NCBI GenBank assembly: GCA_964534625.1
Contig: CAZHRF010000012.1
Location: forward strand, 1-64,000
DNA length: 64,000 bases
DNA from: an uncultured archaeon
GTDB lineage: Archaea > Asgardarchaeota > Heimdallarchaeia > Heimdallarchaeales > Heimdallarchaeaceae
Reading direction: 5' to 3'
How positions within the stretch are numbered: position 1 is the stretch's first letter; each line of letters starts with the position of its first letter. Shown here in pieces: positions 10,135 to 20,669 of the stretch. Position numbers and translations under genes: made by a program. The notes beneath the pieces were generated by a model. That model was not told the DNA's origin and made no database searches. It was given only the letters and a program-made list of their open reading frames with translations.

Positions 10135-11184
10135 TTAGGTTAAATATCCCTTGGTAGGCATCATCTCATACTTTAACAAGATTGATTCAACTTTCCTTAA
10201 ATCAGTTGGCGAAAGCTGTACACCAGAATGTAAAAATGGTGAGGGATATATATCCCATGCTTTACCATACGCATTAATATGATCAATAAGTTTATTGGAA
10301 TTGGTAAATACATTTCCTTCTTTAATAGTGGAAGCTAGTTTAAATACATCATTAGCTATATTAGTTAAAGATGATGATACCTTGCTGGCCTGATCTATAC
10401 TACCTTGCTCGAACAATTTTACTAGACGATGTAATTGTTTTGGAAAGGAATTACCAGTACTAAGCAAATATCCATAATATTTTACCTTCCCTATGTAGTT
10501 AATATAATCACCTTCAGCTCCTCTCAATAAAACTAGATTATTATAGTCATATGTATTAGACGCACGCATAATTTTATCGTATCCGCTTGAGTCTTTTACC
10601 ATATAGAAATTAGCGTATGTAGAGCTTAATTTTTCTATAAGTTGAGGCGACATCTCATTTTCTGTAATCTGTGGTAATTGATAAAGTACGGTAGGATAAT
10701 TAAGATCTAACACTGTCTTCAAAGCATGTTTTATTTCTTCCTGATTAAGATCACTCCCTTTTGGGGGACAAACAACTAAACCTTTGAATGGACTGACAGT
10801 AGAAGGAGATAACCTCATGTCTATTCCTAATTGGCTTAAATAATCACAAGTATACTCTAAAAGCTTTTTAACCGCGGTTGTTTTCGTTTTAAGTAATCCA
10901 ATTAAAATGTTAAGATCTAATTCTTTGCTCATATCTTCGAAGACAAAAGATAACAACGCTTTATACTCATCAAAAGTTAGTTCCCAACCATCACCAGTAC
11001 TACCAGGTATAAGATAAGAGTTGATATAAGGATACATGTATTTAATATGCGCTTTCATCCGAGTAAAATTAATTGAACCATCTGATTTATAATGAGTAAG
11101 AGGGGGACACCACAGTTTAGGTATACCATCAGGAAAGAGAGTATCAATCAAATTTATTCTTTGTTCTTTTATTTTCATAAGCAA
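10135..11184 (-). CDS. Dihydrodipicolinate synthase / class I aldolase family protein
   Basis: PGSTGDG, LYQLPQIT and Schiff-base VKDSSG motifs. Confidence 0.85.
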   Translation of the reverse strand: MLMKIKEQRINLIDTLFPDGIPKLWCPPLTHYKSDGSINFTRMKAHIKYMYPYINSYLIPGSTGDGWELTFDEYKALLSFVFEDMSKELDLNILIGLLKTKTTAVKKLLEYTCDYLSQLGIDMRLSPSTVSPFKGLVVCPPKGSDLNQEEIKHALKTVLDLNYPTVLYQLPQITENEMSPQLIEKLSSTYANFYMVKDSSGYDKIMRASNTYDYNNLVLLRGAEGDYINYIGKVKYYGYLLSTGNSFPKQLHRLVKLFEQGSIDQASKVSSSLTNIANDVFKLASTIKEGNVFTNSNKLIDHINAYGKAWDIYPSPFLHSGVQLSPTDLRKVESILLKYEMMPTKGYLT

Positions 11185-11204
11185 TTAGTTAGTGTACTTT
11201 CCCT

Positions 11205-12467
11205 TTAATATTTTTTCTCATTAATTGAGAGCAATAAAGTTGGTGTACTTGCTAGAAGCCTAGCTGCACATAATATAAATAGAAATGAAGATAAAGCAAT
11301 TTCAAAACTTAGCATGGGTGTTATTTGTTCAAAGACAAACCCACTAATAAATGAACCAGAAAAAGTGCATATCCCCATAAGCATATTATATGTACCAGCA
11401 TAGGTACCTCTCATATCTGCTCGGGGAGCCAAATGTAAAATTTCTGAATTCAGAGAGATACCTATAAAGCCATTGGCTATTCCAGCTATTGTATTACTTA
11501 CAATAATCATATGCCAACTAGTAACCAATGCCAATATAGCTGGAACAGATGAAATCAGCATAAAACCAAAAAAGAGGGAAAATTTGCGGCCTAACTTATC
11601 AGCTATTAAACCAGCAAACCATTGAGAGAGGAGTAAACCACTAGTATGGGAAAGAGATAATATGGCAATTTGGAGAGTAGTAGGGGCAACTCCGTATACT
11701 ACATAGGGATACAAGGGCCAAAGAAAACTCATTACAAGCCACCAAATCATAGTGGATTTGACAAATTTTCTGTATTCGTTATCCTTGAAGGGGGTAAAAA
11801 AACTATATTTGTCTTTAGATAGCTTACTTAATTTTGGAGGTTCTTTCAAGAAAAAGAATATTAATGAAGTAAGACCAAAGAGTATTGAAGATATTAATAA
11901 AGCAATTCTGTATTTTAGTAGATTGGGGATTGAAAATAAGTCTATAATAGCACCTCCTATCAATAATAAAACAGATGACGAAAAAGAGCCTATCATAGCT
12001 ACTTGACTAATAAATTTAGTTCGCGTATGTTCTGTACTTAGATCACCATGCAATGCGTTCCATACAGGTATGGCTGCACTAAAACTAAGAGCCAGAAAAC
12101 CTACGATCACCAAATAGCAAATAAGCGAATTTAGTGTACTTAGTATAAATACACTTATACTAATACTAAGAAAGCTTCCTATAAGGATCAACCTTCGCCC
12201 TACAAGATCGGATACTCGCCCCCATAATCCTTGAAGTATTGACTGCCCCAAGTTAGTTATAGAAGTTATAAATGAAAGCATAAGTGGTGTGGCACCCAAC
12301 CCTATAACTAACAAATTGGCAAAATTGTGGTAGAAGTTAAAGGCGGCACTATTTGGAATAGCAGCTAATTTGAGTATTTTTTTCCCCTTTTTTTTCACGT
12401 TATTTTCTGCTGTTTCCATATCTTCTTCTTCGATGGTTTTGATTTCCTCCTCACTTTCTATATTCAT
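11205..12467 (-). CDS. MFS transporter
   Basis: ~12 TM segments; motif A GRVSDLVGRR and GLIADKLGRK. Confidence 0.92.
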   Translation of the reverse strand: MNIESEEEIKTIEEEDMETAENNVKKKGKKILKLAAIPNSAAFNFYHNFANLLVIGLGATPLMLSFITSITNLGQSILQGLWGRVSDLVGRRLILIGSFLSISISVFILSTLNSLICYLVIVGFLALSFSAAIPVWNALHGDLSTEHTRTKFISQVAMIGSFSSSVLLLIGGAIIDLFSIPNLLKYRIALLISSILFGLTSLIFFFLKEPPKLSKLSKDKYSFFTPFKDNEYRKFVKSTMIWWLVMSFLWPLYPYVVYGVAPTTLQIAILSLSHTSGLLLSQWFAGLIADKLGRKFSLFFGFMLISSVPAILALVTSWHMIIVSNTIAGIANGFIGISLNSEILHLAPRADMRGTYAGTYNMLMGICTFSGSFISGFVFEQITPMLSFEIALSSFLFILCAARLLASTPTLLLSINEKKY

Positions 12468-12611
12468 GAGTGTTCTTCCAGCAAGCTTGTTTAAAAAATT
12501 ATTTTTAAAGGATAAAAATATTTTTGTGTGTTATTTAAGTGGCTCTTTTTTTCTTAAAAATCTTAATACTAAAGAATCCAAATATCACATTTTACATATA
12601 AGAAAGTGTGA

Positions 12612-13556
12612 TCAAGGTTCAGCATCTTGAAAGCTTAGTTTCTTTACATCTAGGAAACCTCTGAGAACCAAATTTGCTAAAGCAGACATACAATCGGGGA
12701 GCGTGTACTCATTGTTTACCTTCTCAATAATATCTACAAATATGCTTAATACTGTTAATTTAGTATTTTCCAGAGATAATTTCATAATTCGATTGTACAT
12801 GATTCTATCCATGTACAATAATTCAGATATCATTTCATCCCACTTGTCCTTATTTACAATTGTATCTGCTTGTTCCTTTTTTGAAGTTGGGAGAGCATAA
12901 CTAGAATTAATTAGGATCCCTAGTTCGGCTATTTTTTGTAATGTGGGTTCCTCATTGATGCGATAAGATAGATAATCGACAATATAACTCAATAAACCGT
13001 CATCAAGAATAACGCAACTTTCTAATAAATCTGATGCTTTCATCAGCCATTTTTGTACATATTCCAAATTAGTCAAATTAGGCGTTACTTTGGCCTCCAT
13101 TTCGATAAAACCCATGGATGAAACAGCGTTTAATTCATTTCCATTGTCTTTAGTAGTTTGAAAACTAAAGACAGTTTGACGTAACTTATCTTTAATTTCT
13201 AGACTGAATAAATAAGATTTCTCAAAAAGCTCACTGGGAATAATAGGTTGAGTAACCAACTCAATAGTTTTTTTAGGGATAGGAATACCTAGGGGAGATT
13301 CACAGTTAGCAGTAGCGGTTTGTTTTGAGAGAGGCTCAACGGGATACTGCGACCGTACAACTAAGTTGTGATCCACATAAAGAATATTAGCTTTATATAC
13401 CCTATCTAAACATATATGGACATCAACAAGTTCTGCATATCCACTTGATCCAATTTCAGGAGAAACAACGTCAGGTAAAAACATTTGTCTCTCAGAATCA
13501 CAACAATTACAAGTATACTCAATCTTCTTGTATTTGTTAGTGGGTTTTGACATCAT
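12612..13556 (-). CDS. Hypothetical protein with putative N-terminal Zn site
   Basis: 314 aa ORF with CNCC...VHIC; no family recognised. Confidence 0.65.
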   Translation of the reverse strand: MMSKPTNKYKKIEYTCNCCDSERQMFLPDVVSPEIGSSGYAELVDVHICLDRVYKANILYVDHNLVVRSQYPVEPLSKQTATANCESPLGIPIPKKTIELVTQPIIPSELFEKSYLFSLEIKDKLRQTVFSFQTTKDNGNELNAVSSMGFIEMEAKVTPNLTNLEYVQKWLMKASDLLESCVILDDGLLSYIVDYLSYRINEEPTLQKIAELGILINSSYALPTSKKEQADTIVNKDKWDEMISELLYMDRIMYNRIMKLSLENTKLTVLSIFVDIIEKVNNEYTLPDCMSALANLVLRGFLDVKKLSFQDAEP

Positions 13557-13764
13557 TATGTATATCTTTCAAAAGTTGTATAAAAATTATTAGTAATACT
13601 GATGCATAATTCATAAGTCTATGTTTTAAAAGGAGGCAAAAGAAATATAGATATCATTCCCATATTTTTGTGCTTGTTTTCTTCCTTGACTTTATTTTGG
13701 TGGTTTTTTGGATTTTTCTTGATTTTAATGAAGATAATTATTTCCCACTTTTTGATAATATGCT

Positions 13765-15288
13765 CTAATGAAGAAAACATCTTGTCCCCGACCATACAAG
13801 TGCAATATCGTGTTTATTTGCTTCTTTAATTGATTCATTATCTCTAATCGATCCTCCTGGGGCAATAATAGCTGTTATCCCTAAATTTGCAGCATGTTCA
13901 ACACAATCTCCAAAGGGGAAAAAAGCATCAGAACCGAGAACAGCACCTTTCGCTCTATCACCAGCACGTTCTCCCGCTAATTTAACAGCACCTATTCGGC
14001 TGGTTTGTCCCATTCCGATTCCTAATGTTCTTGTGCCCTTTGATATAACCGCAGAATTCGATTTCACGTATTTTAATACTTTCCATGCCCACAATAAGTC
14101 CTTGATTTCTTCTTTTGTAGGTTTACGATCTGAAACAAATTCAAGATCCTCCTTTGTCAGTATCTTCTTATCTGTATCTTGAACCAAGACACCATTGGCT
14201 ACCAATCTAACTGAGAGATCAGGTAATGTTGTTCGTTTATTTAATTTTAATAACATAATTCGTTCTTTTTGGGTTAAGATTTCAAATGCTTCAGGTTCAT
14301 AAGCAGGAGCAATCATTACATCAACAAACATAGCGTGTAATTTTTCTGCTAGGCCAAGAGTGATTGGACGATTGAAACCCATTGCAGCACCAAAGGCAGA
14401 TAATTGATCAGTGTTAAATGCATGATCAAAGGCAGTTTCAATATCATTAGCAGATGCCACACCACAAGGAGAAGTGTGTTTAATAAGTGCAGCAGTAGGG
14501 TGTGAAGAATGTTCAGAGAGGATATTTAAAGCTGCCATTAAATCTACAATATTATTAAAAGACACCTCACGTCCATGAAGTTGCTCATAAAAAGGTTCTT
14601 TACCTTCAAGAAGATAGTAAGCCCCTTGTTGATGCCAATTTTCACCATATCTTAGGCTTACTGGTTTATGGGCGGTTAAATTAAATCTTGGACCAAAGAA
14701 CTGCCCGGTCTTCTCCAAAAGATAATTTCCAATATGGGTATCATAACTTGCTGACACTGCAAAGGCTTTTTGGGCAAGTTTTAATCGAGTATCAGAAGAC
14801 ACACCAACAGAAAGTTGTTTGAGAACTAAGGAATAATCAGAAGGATCTACAATAACAATAACATTTTGGAAATTCTTTGCAGCAGCTCGAATTAAAGTAC
14901 TACCACCAATATCAATATTCTCTATTGCATCATCAAAAGTGTGATCTTTAGAGATAACAGTATAGAAAGGATATAAGTTACAAGCAACTAATCCAACACG
15001 TTGAATATAATGTTCTTGTAATTGATCTTGATGGGATTTAATATTACGAGCTAATATTCCGCCATGAATTTTAGGATGGAGAGTTTTCACGCGACCATCA
15101 AGAATTTCAGGAAAATGGGTAATATCCTCAATTGAAGAGATTACCACATTGGCATTAGAAAGATAGGTGGCAGTACCGCCAGAACAGACAATATCATACA
15201 TACTGGAAATTTCTTTAGCAAATTCAACTATTCCAGTTTTATCATAAACACTAATAATCGCTATAGGTTTGGATTTGTTTTTAGGCAT
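13765..15288 (-). CDS. purH: Bifunctional AICAR transformylase/IMP cyclohydrolase
   Basis: SVYDKTG, GRVKTLHPKIHGGIL, NLYPF, IDIGG, LRYGEN, SDAFFPF and PGGSIRD motifs. Confidence 0.97.
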   Translation of the reverse strand: MPKNKSKPIAIISVYDKTGIVEFAKEISSMYDIVCSGGTATYLSNANVVISSIEDITHFPEILDGRVKTLHPKIHGGILARNIKSHQDQLQEHYIQRVGLVACNLYPFYTVISKDHTFDDAIENIDIGGSTLIRAAAKNFQNVIVIVDPSDYSLVLKQLSVGVSSDTRLKLAQKAFAVSASYDTHIGNYLLEKTGQFFGPRFNLTAHKPVSLRYGENWHQQGAYYLLEGKEPFYEQLHGREVSFNNIVDLMAALNILSEHSSHPTAALIKHTSPCGVASANDIETAFDHAFNTDQLSAFGAAMGFNRPITLGLAEKLHAMFVDVMIAPAYEPEAFEILTQKERIMLLKLNKRTTLPDLSVRLVANGVLVQDTDKKILTKEDLEFVSDRKPTKEEIKDLLWAWKVLKYVKSNSAVISKGTRTLGIGMGQTSRIGAVKLAGERAGDRAKGAVLGSDAFFPFGDCVEHAANLGITAIIAPGGSIRDNESIKEANKHDIALVWSGTRCFLH

Positions 15289-15434
15289 GCAACCTAAAAA
15301 AAAGAATTTTGAATATTATTAAATATTTCTAAAATCAAGATTTATAGCTAAAGTACAATTAAGTGACGAGAATAATAGCTGCAAACCATGGCTATCAAGT
15401 TTAGAATGAATAAAAAAAGTATTTATACGTATCT

Positions 15435-15872
15435 GTGATAAGATTTAGGCGTGGAAAAAAAATGAAAAAATTTCATGTTCAATCGTTTTTGTTTTGGTTT
15501 GTTTTATTAATTATAGCCATTATTAATGCTATAATAAGAGAAGTGACATATAAACCCCTATTAGAACCACATATTGGAGTTTGGGCACATCAAATTAGTT
15601 CTTTAACAGCTATAATGCTATTTTTTATCGCGATATTTCTGTTTTTAAAAAACACAAAAGAAGATTTCACAAAGAAAGATGTAATTTTAGCGGGTATATT
15701 ATGGATAATCCTCACATTAATTTTTGAAACTTTAATGAATTTTTACAGAAAACTTACGACACAAGAAATATTAGAAACCTATTACTTCTGGAGAGGGGAA
15801 ACTTGGATTTTTGTTCTTCTATCCTTAATAGTCTCACCATTAATTTGTTATCACCTATTAAAAAAACAATAA
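15435..15872 (+). CDS. Small 4-TM membrane protein
   Basis: Hydrophobic helices with IAIINAIIRE and AHQISS; probable start is the ATG at 15462. Confidence 0.7.
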   Translation: MIRFRRGKKMKKFHVQSFLFWFVLLIIAIINAIIREVTYKPLLEPHIGVWAHQISSLTAIMLFFIAIFLFLKNTKEDFTKKDVILAGILWIILTLIFETLMNFYRKLTTQEILETYYFWRGETWIFVLLSLIVSPLICYHLLKKQ

Positions 15873-16169
15873 TCATTTCCTTTATTCTCTTTTTGTGTTC
15901 ATAAACATATTTTAAAGTTAAAGGAGATGAAATTAAAACGAGTATAACAACTGCGATAGTGAAATATTATTTTATTATCTTCTACTTGAAAACCCAGTTC
16001 TTTAAGTAGAGGTATTTCATAGTAAATTAATTCCTTAGTGCATAGGAACAAAAAGAATGGATACTTACAGGTTTTGATGTAGAACGTTTTAAGATACAGC
16101 TGAACTTTTGGATCTGTTATCAAACATTTTTCCAGTGGAAATTTATCTACACTCTTCTAATAAGGAGCC

Positions 16170-16206
16170 ACTTACAAAAAGTAATACTTACAAAAAGAAT
16201 TTTTGT
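16170..16206. repeat. Tandem ACTTACAAAAAG (16 bp period) plus 7 bp inverted repeat
   Basis: Copies at 16170-16181 and 16186-16197; ACAAAAA-GAA-TTTTTGT at 16190-16206. Confidence 0.7.
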
Positions 16207-16294
16207 GATATATTTACGTTCAGCTAGAGCGACATAAAGGGTAAAAATTCCTTAAAAACAAAAGATTGATTAACAAATTTATTTTAATAATCAT

Positions 16295-16894
16295 ATGATA
16301 CAAAATATAATAATAATCAGAGATAATGGTTTACCTTTATTTGGTCGTTCTTTAATGTGTCATATTGGCATGAAATGTATCGATTTAAGCAAAGATAGTA
16401 CGATGCAAGATGAAACCGTCTTACAATCTGCTCTTTTTAGTGCCACATTAACTTATGACCAAGCTAAACCCTTAACTTTTCATGAATTTGATTTTCAACA
16501 ATCAAAAATAATTAGTTTTCCTAAAGAAACTATAACCTCTGTCTTGTCGGTTGATCCTTCTGACGATAGTGATATCTATAAAAATCGGTTACGATTAATC
16601 ACGGAACTTTTTGAACAGGAATACAGTTCAACACTTGAAGATCCATCTCTTCCGGTAAGTGCTTTTTCTGAATTTGAACAAACTTTAGCTGATGAAGGTT
16701 TACTAGAAAGTGGTGAAAGATTTAGATCAAACTGTATTAATTGTGAATGGGACAAAGCTTGTCCGTTTCGAATTGTTTCTAAATCACCTACCATGAGTTT
16801 AAAAGAAAGATTGGTATCCATACCAAATTTAAATATCATGAAAAAAATGTGGTTAATGATGAAAGGGATGTTTAAACCAAAATATCTGAATTAA
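16295..16894 (+). CDS. Longin-like domain protein with Cys-rich (Zn?) tail
   Basis: MIQNIIIIRDNGLPLF start and LQSALFSA helix typical of longin/roadblock folds; CINC...C near the C-terminus. Confidence 0.6.
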   Translation: MIQNIIIIRDNGLPLFGRSLMCHIGMKCIDLSKDSTMQDETVLQSALFSATLTYDQAKPLTFHEFDFQQSKIISFPKETITSVLSVDPSDDSDIYKNRLRLITELFEQEYSSTLEDPSLPVSAFSEFEQTLADEGLLESGERFRSNCINCEWDKACPFRIVSKSPTMSLKERLVSIPNLNIMKKMWLMMKGMFKPKYLN

Positions 16895-16909
16895 AATTGG
16901 TAGATAATT

Positions 16910-17878
16910 TTACCTTTCGATTTTTTTTTTCAACCATGGCACGGTAAGATTAGCTTCTGCCTCAATTTTCCACTTCTTTATAACCCTCAGCTGATCCTCA
17001 AAAAAAACAAGCGTAATTTTTTCCAATCCAGCTATACGCCCTAAGTGCCTTATAGCTTTGATATGCATTTCAGTTACAACAGGAGAAGTATTGTTTCCTG
17101 AATTGGTTAACCAAATAAACGCCATTCCAGTATGAAAGATAGGGTGATGATTTATAACTCCAATAATCGCTTCATTGCCTTCTTCATCCTTAATTTTTTT
17201 GGTAATTTTTTTTTGTTCAAAAAATTCATTTAAAAACGTCGTGTGCAATAAAATCCAATTTTTACTCGGCGATGCAATCCAGCCTATTTTTAAATCCCAA
17301 GTGTTTTCTAATTTTTTAGAAGAAGCAAGCCAATTAAATGCTTCACAACTTTTCGCAGTATCTATAGTTAGTTCATATTTATCTTTCCACTGTTTAAATC
17401 CAATATGTTGATAAAACCTTCCTGAGGGTCCCTCCAATTCTTCAGGATAAACAAATAAACTTTTACACCCTTTATTTTTAGCAAGTTGTTCTACATGCGC
17501 AAGTAGTTTTTTAGCAACACCTTTTCTCCTTTTTTCAGGATGTACTAGTAAAAGATCTAGGTATCCGTGTTTCCCAAGTAACGGACTATCACCAATTATA
17601 AATGCTGTATATCCTATTACTCGACCATTTTCCATTGCAACATACCATTCTAATGGATTAAATATTTCTCGTTTAAGATCCTCAATATACCGTTCTAAGA
17701 GTATTTTATCCATTGTTGGACCACCATGGAACCATCGTTGTTCATGACTCAGTTCTGAATAATCTTTTGTCTCCCATTCAACCAAAGTGTGATACTCGTA
17801 CCATTGTTTGACAGAAGCTACTTCCACTTCTACAAGGCCAGCAATTGTTTTTAGAGACAATGGTTCTATAGTTATCAT
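16910..17878 (-). CDS. GNAT family acetyltransferase
   Basis: LLVHPEKRRKGVAKKLL and FYQHIGF motifs. Confidence 0.88.
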   Translation of the reverse strand: MITIEPLSLKTIAGLVEVEVASVKQWYEYHTLVEWETKDYSELSHEQRWFHGGPTMDKILLERYIEDLKREIFNPLEWYVAMENGRVIGYTAFIIGDSPLLGKHGYLDLLLVHPEKRRKGVAKKLLAHVEQLAKNKGCKSLFVYPEELEGPSGRFYQHIGFKQWKDKYELTIDTAKSCEAFNWLASSKKLENTWDLKIGWIASPSKNWILLHTTFLNEFFEQKKITKKIKDEEGNEAIIGVINHHPIFHTGMAFIWLTNSGNNTSPVVTEMHIKAIRHLGRIAGLEKITLVFFEDQLRVIKKWKIEAEANLTVPWLKKKIER

Positions 17879-18004
17879 TATATCATTCCATTTAGAAATA
17901 TCTAGAAGAGAATGGGAAGAGCATCTACAAAAGGTCTTTCTTTTCGAACAAACAAGAAAATAAATGGTTAGCTTTATTTATTTATTTGATTATTTCTTTT
18001 TAGG

Positions 18005-18253
18005 TTGCGATATAATTTGTTTGATTATGATCAAAAAGTATTACTTGGAATTATTTCTCTTATAATTTTACAAATAAGTCTAAATATTTTCGCTACTTAC
18101 AGATGGAAAATACAAAAAAAAATTCATCCTTCTGTATCTAAATGGTGGTGGCTACTTATAATCTGGTTTGTTAATGTGTTTGGAGCTCTAGCTTTTTTAA
18201 TATTTGGAGATATTTCTGGAAAAGAGGTTTTGAACAATGGTTCTTGGGATTAA
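18005..18253 (+). CDS. PLDc_N-like small membrane protein (YxlE-like)
   Basis: SKWWWLLIIWFVNVFGALAFLIFG; overlaps the ABC ATPase start. Confidence 0.7.
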   Translation: MRYNLFDYDQKVLLGIISLIILQISLNIFATYRWKIQKKIHPSVSKWWWLLIIWFVNVFGALAFLIFGDISGKEVLNNGSWD

Positions 18254-19157
18254 AGTAAATCATTTGAGCAAGGGTTTTAATGGTTTTACTGCCCTACATG
18301 ATATATCTATCGAGATAAATCAAAGTGGACTTTATGGTTTAATTGGTCCTAATGGTGCAGGAAAGACTACCCTTTTCAAATGCATTACGGGGTTGTTGAA
18401 CCCTACTAAAGGTCATGTTTTAATTGATGATCAAGAAGTTCAACCTAAACATTTATCTCATCGTTTAAAAATTGGGTTTCTTCCTGAAGATGCTGGTTTA
18501 TATGATAGACTTACCGCAAGGGATTTCCTTCATGTTATTGCGGCTATGTCAGACATAAACAAAAACAAAAGAGGAAAAAGAGTTAAAGAGGTGGTCGAAT
18601 ATGTAGGTATCACCTACTCACCGAATTCTATAATTAAATTTCTTTCTACTGGTCAACGTCGCTTGCTGCTGATTGCGAGTGTTTTATTACACGATCCTGA
18701 GATAATCATACTTGATGAAAGTTTAAATGGTCTTGATCCTATCAATCGAGACAAAATTAGTTATCTTATGAAGAGGATTGCTTCTGAAAAAATAGTCTTT
18801 TTCTCAAGCCATGTTCTTTCAGACATTTGGCGTCTATGTGAGAGAATATTTGTTTTGAGTAAAGGCCGATTAGTTAAAGCTGATACTCCGGACAATATTG
18901 TTTCGGAATTTAGTGAAAACGCTTTTTATTTTGCTGTTCCAAAAAATGTGGAAAAAATTGAAAAGTTTTTGGCTTCATCACCAGGAATTCTTAGTACTGA
19001 AACAAAGGGAAACAAAGTTATTATTTCTCTTGAAGATCGATCAGCATTCAAGCAACTGCTTCTTAAAACGATTGAACACTATGATGTTGAGGCCTTTGGT
19101 CCTTTTATACCTGATTTAGACGATTTGTTTGTTAGGTTGGTGAGAGTAAATGAGTAA
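18237..19157 (+). CDS. ABC-2 type exporter ATP-binding protein
   Basis: GPNGAGKTT, LSTGQ, ILDES and SSH motifs. Confidence 0.93.
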   Translation: MVLGIKVNHLSKGFNGFTALHDISIEINQSGLYGLIGPNGAGKTTLFKCITGLLNPTKGHVLIDDQEVQPKHLSHRLKIGFLPEDAGLYDRLTARDFLHVIAAMSDINKNKRGKRVKEVVEYVGITYSPNSIIKFLSTGQRRLLLIASVLLHDPEIIILDESLNGLDPINRDKISYLMKRIASEKIVFFSSHVLSDIWRLCERIFVLSKGRLVKADTPDNIVSEFSENAFYFAVPKNVEKIEKFLASSPGILSTETKGNKVIISLEDRSAFKQLLLKTIEHYDVEAFGPFIPDLDDLFVRLVRVNE

Positions 19158-19923
19158 GTTTATTTCAGTTCCTACGAAAGGTTTAATATTCAAAGAATGG
19201 TTATATGCTAAAACTAAAATCGTTCCGATTATTATTGGTTTTTCACTTTTTTCTATTTTTACCGTACTTATGCTTGAAGCTCTCCCTTACTTGGTAGATT
19301 TGCCACCCGAAATTTTTCCAGAGTTTGATGGAGATGCGATGATGCAAAGTAACATTAGTAATGGTAACTCTATTTTTAGCATCATTGCTGTAATTTTATG
19401 TGCTGATGCTATCGCAGGAGAAAGAGAAAAAAACACCTTAGTGCTTATACAAACAAAACCCATCAAAATATCGACTATAATTATTGTCAAAGCATTAATT
19501 AGATATAGTCTTGTTGCAATAGGAACAATAATTAGTTCTGTTATAGTTTATTTGGTTATCAGTATAATGAAAGACGTTCCTACATTAAACACCTTTCTTC
19601 TCTCCATCTTTTTGCTATTGATCACCTTGTTCTCCTATGTGTGCCTGGGTATGTTAATTTCGACATTTACACGAACCCAATTATCGGCAGGAGGAATATC
19701 CATAGGAATTGTATTCTTTATAACAACTTTAAGCAGTTTTTTCATCCAAGAAAAGGTTTTACCATACAATGCTTTTCAATTAGCTAGCAACATATTTCTT
19801 CAAGATTTTGATATGGTAGTAATAGTGTTAAATTGTTTGTTTCTCTCTGTTTTAGGGTGGATCTTTCTTTTGATTGCAATAATTAAATATTATTCAGAAC
19901 AAGAACCCACAAGAAAGAGATAA
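19150..19923 (+). CDS. ABC-2 type exporter permease
   Basis: 6 TM segments; DAIAGEREKNTL...TKPI motif; overlaps the ATPase stop. Confidence 0.9.
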   Translation: MSKFISVPTKGLIFKEWLYAKTKIVPIIIGFSLFSIFTVLMLEALPYLVDLPPEIFPEFDGDAMMQSNISNGNSIFSIIAVILCADAIAGEREKNTLVLIQTKPIKISTIIIVKALIRYSLVAIGTIISSVIVYLVISIMKDVPTLNTFLLSIFLLLITLFSYVCLGMLISTFTRTQLSAGGISIGIVFFITTLSSFFIQEKVLPYNAFQLASNIFLQDFDMVVIVLNCLFLSVLGWIFLLIAIIKYYSEQEPTRKR

Positions 19924-20009
19924 ATGTTTTATTCCCCACATTTTTCTAATATCATTAGCTATAGTATAATTTGCGATACACTTAAATCTAATACGCTATA
20001 ATTGCATTA

Positions 20010-20654
20010 ATGGAAACAATGAATGTTGAACTTATTGGTATGATTTCTTCTCTTATAGCGATGTCTATGACTATTATTTTTGCTTTTGCTTTGGTTTTGG
20101 GTTTTTTTTATCCTACTCTCTCCAGTATTATTTCCTTTACTGTTTGTTTCATACTTGCTCTTGCTTTTGTAATTATGATTGTCTGTATCGACTTCATTAC
20201 TCCGGTATATAAACAACTTTGGAGCCGTATTGGCATCGTTTTTGCGTGTATATATGTTGTTTTTATCACATTGACCTACTACACCCAGCTAGCTTTGTTT
20301 TTTAATCCACCCAGTGTTTCATCTGATATACTCAACCTATTAGATTATCAAAAACCAAATTCGTGGATGTTTGTGATTAACATGCTAGGATATGGATTTA
20401 TGACTCTTTCTACTCTTTTTACAGCTTTTGTTTTTGGAAAGAGTAACATAGAAAAATGGCTGAAAAGAATATTCGTATTTCATGGTATTTTTTTCGTTCC
20501 CACAATAGTTTTTCCTTTATTGCCATTAGAAGCATCAGTTGAAGAAAGTGCACTTTTTGGTAGTTTAGCGCTTATTCTCTGGTGTTTGGTATTTGTACCA
20601 TTAGCAGGATTAGTAACGTGGTATTTTAAGGAAAAAACAAGAAAACGAGATTAG
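20010..20654 (+). CDS. Multi-pass membrane protein of unknown function
   Basis: ~6 TM segments; TYYTQL and MLGYGFMTLSTLF. Confidence 0.7.
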   Translation: METMNVELIGMISSLIAMSMTIIFAFALVLGFFYPTLSSIISFTVCFILALAFVIMIVCIDFITPVYKQLWSRIGIVFACIYVVFITLTYYTQLALFFNPPSVSSDILNLLDYQKPNSWMFVINMLGYGFMTLSTLFTAFVFGKSNIEKWLKRIFVFHGIFFVPTIVFPLLPLEASVEESALFGSLALILWCLVFVPLAGLVTWYFKEKTRKRD

Positions 20655-20669
20655 ATATTCAAAAACAAC

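Noticed and set aside
15899-16123. 74 aa ORF on the minus strand
   Set aside because: No recognisable motif and a weak start; it may be a remnant but cannot be supported.
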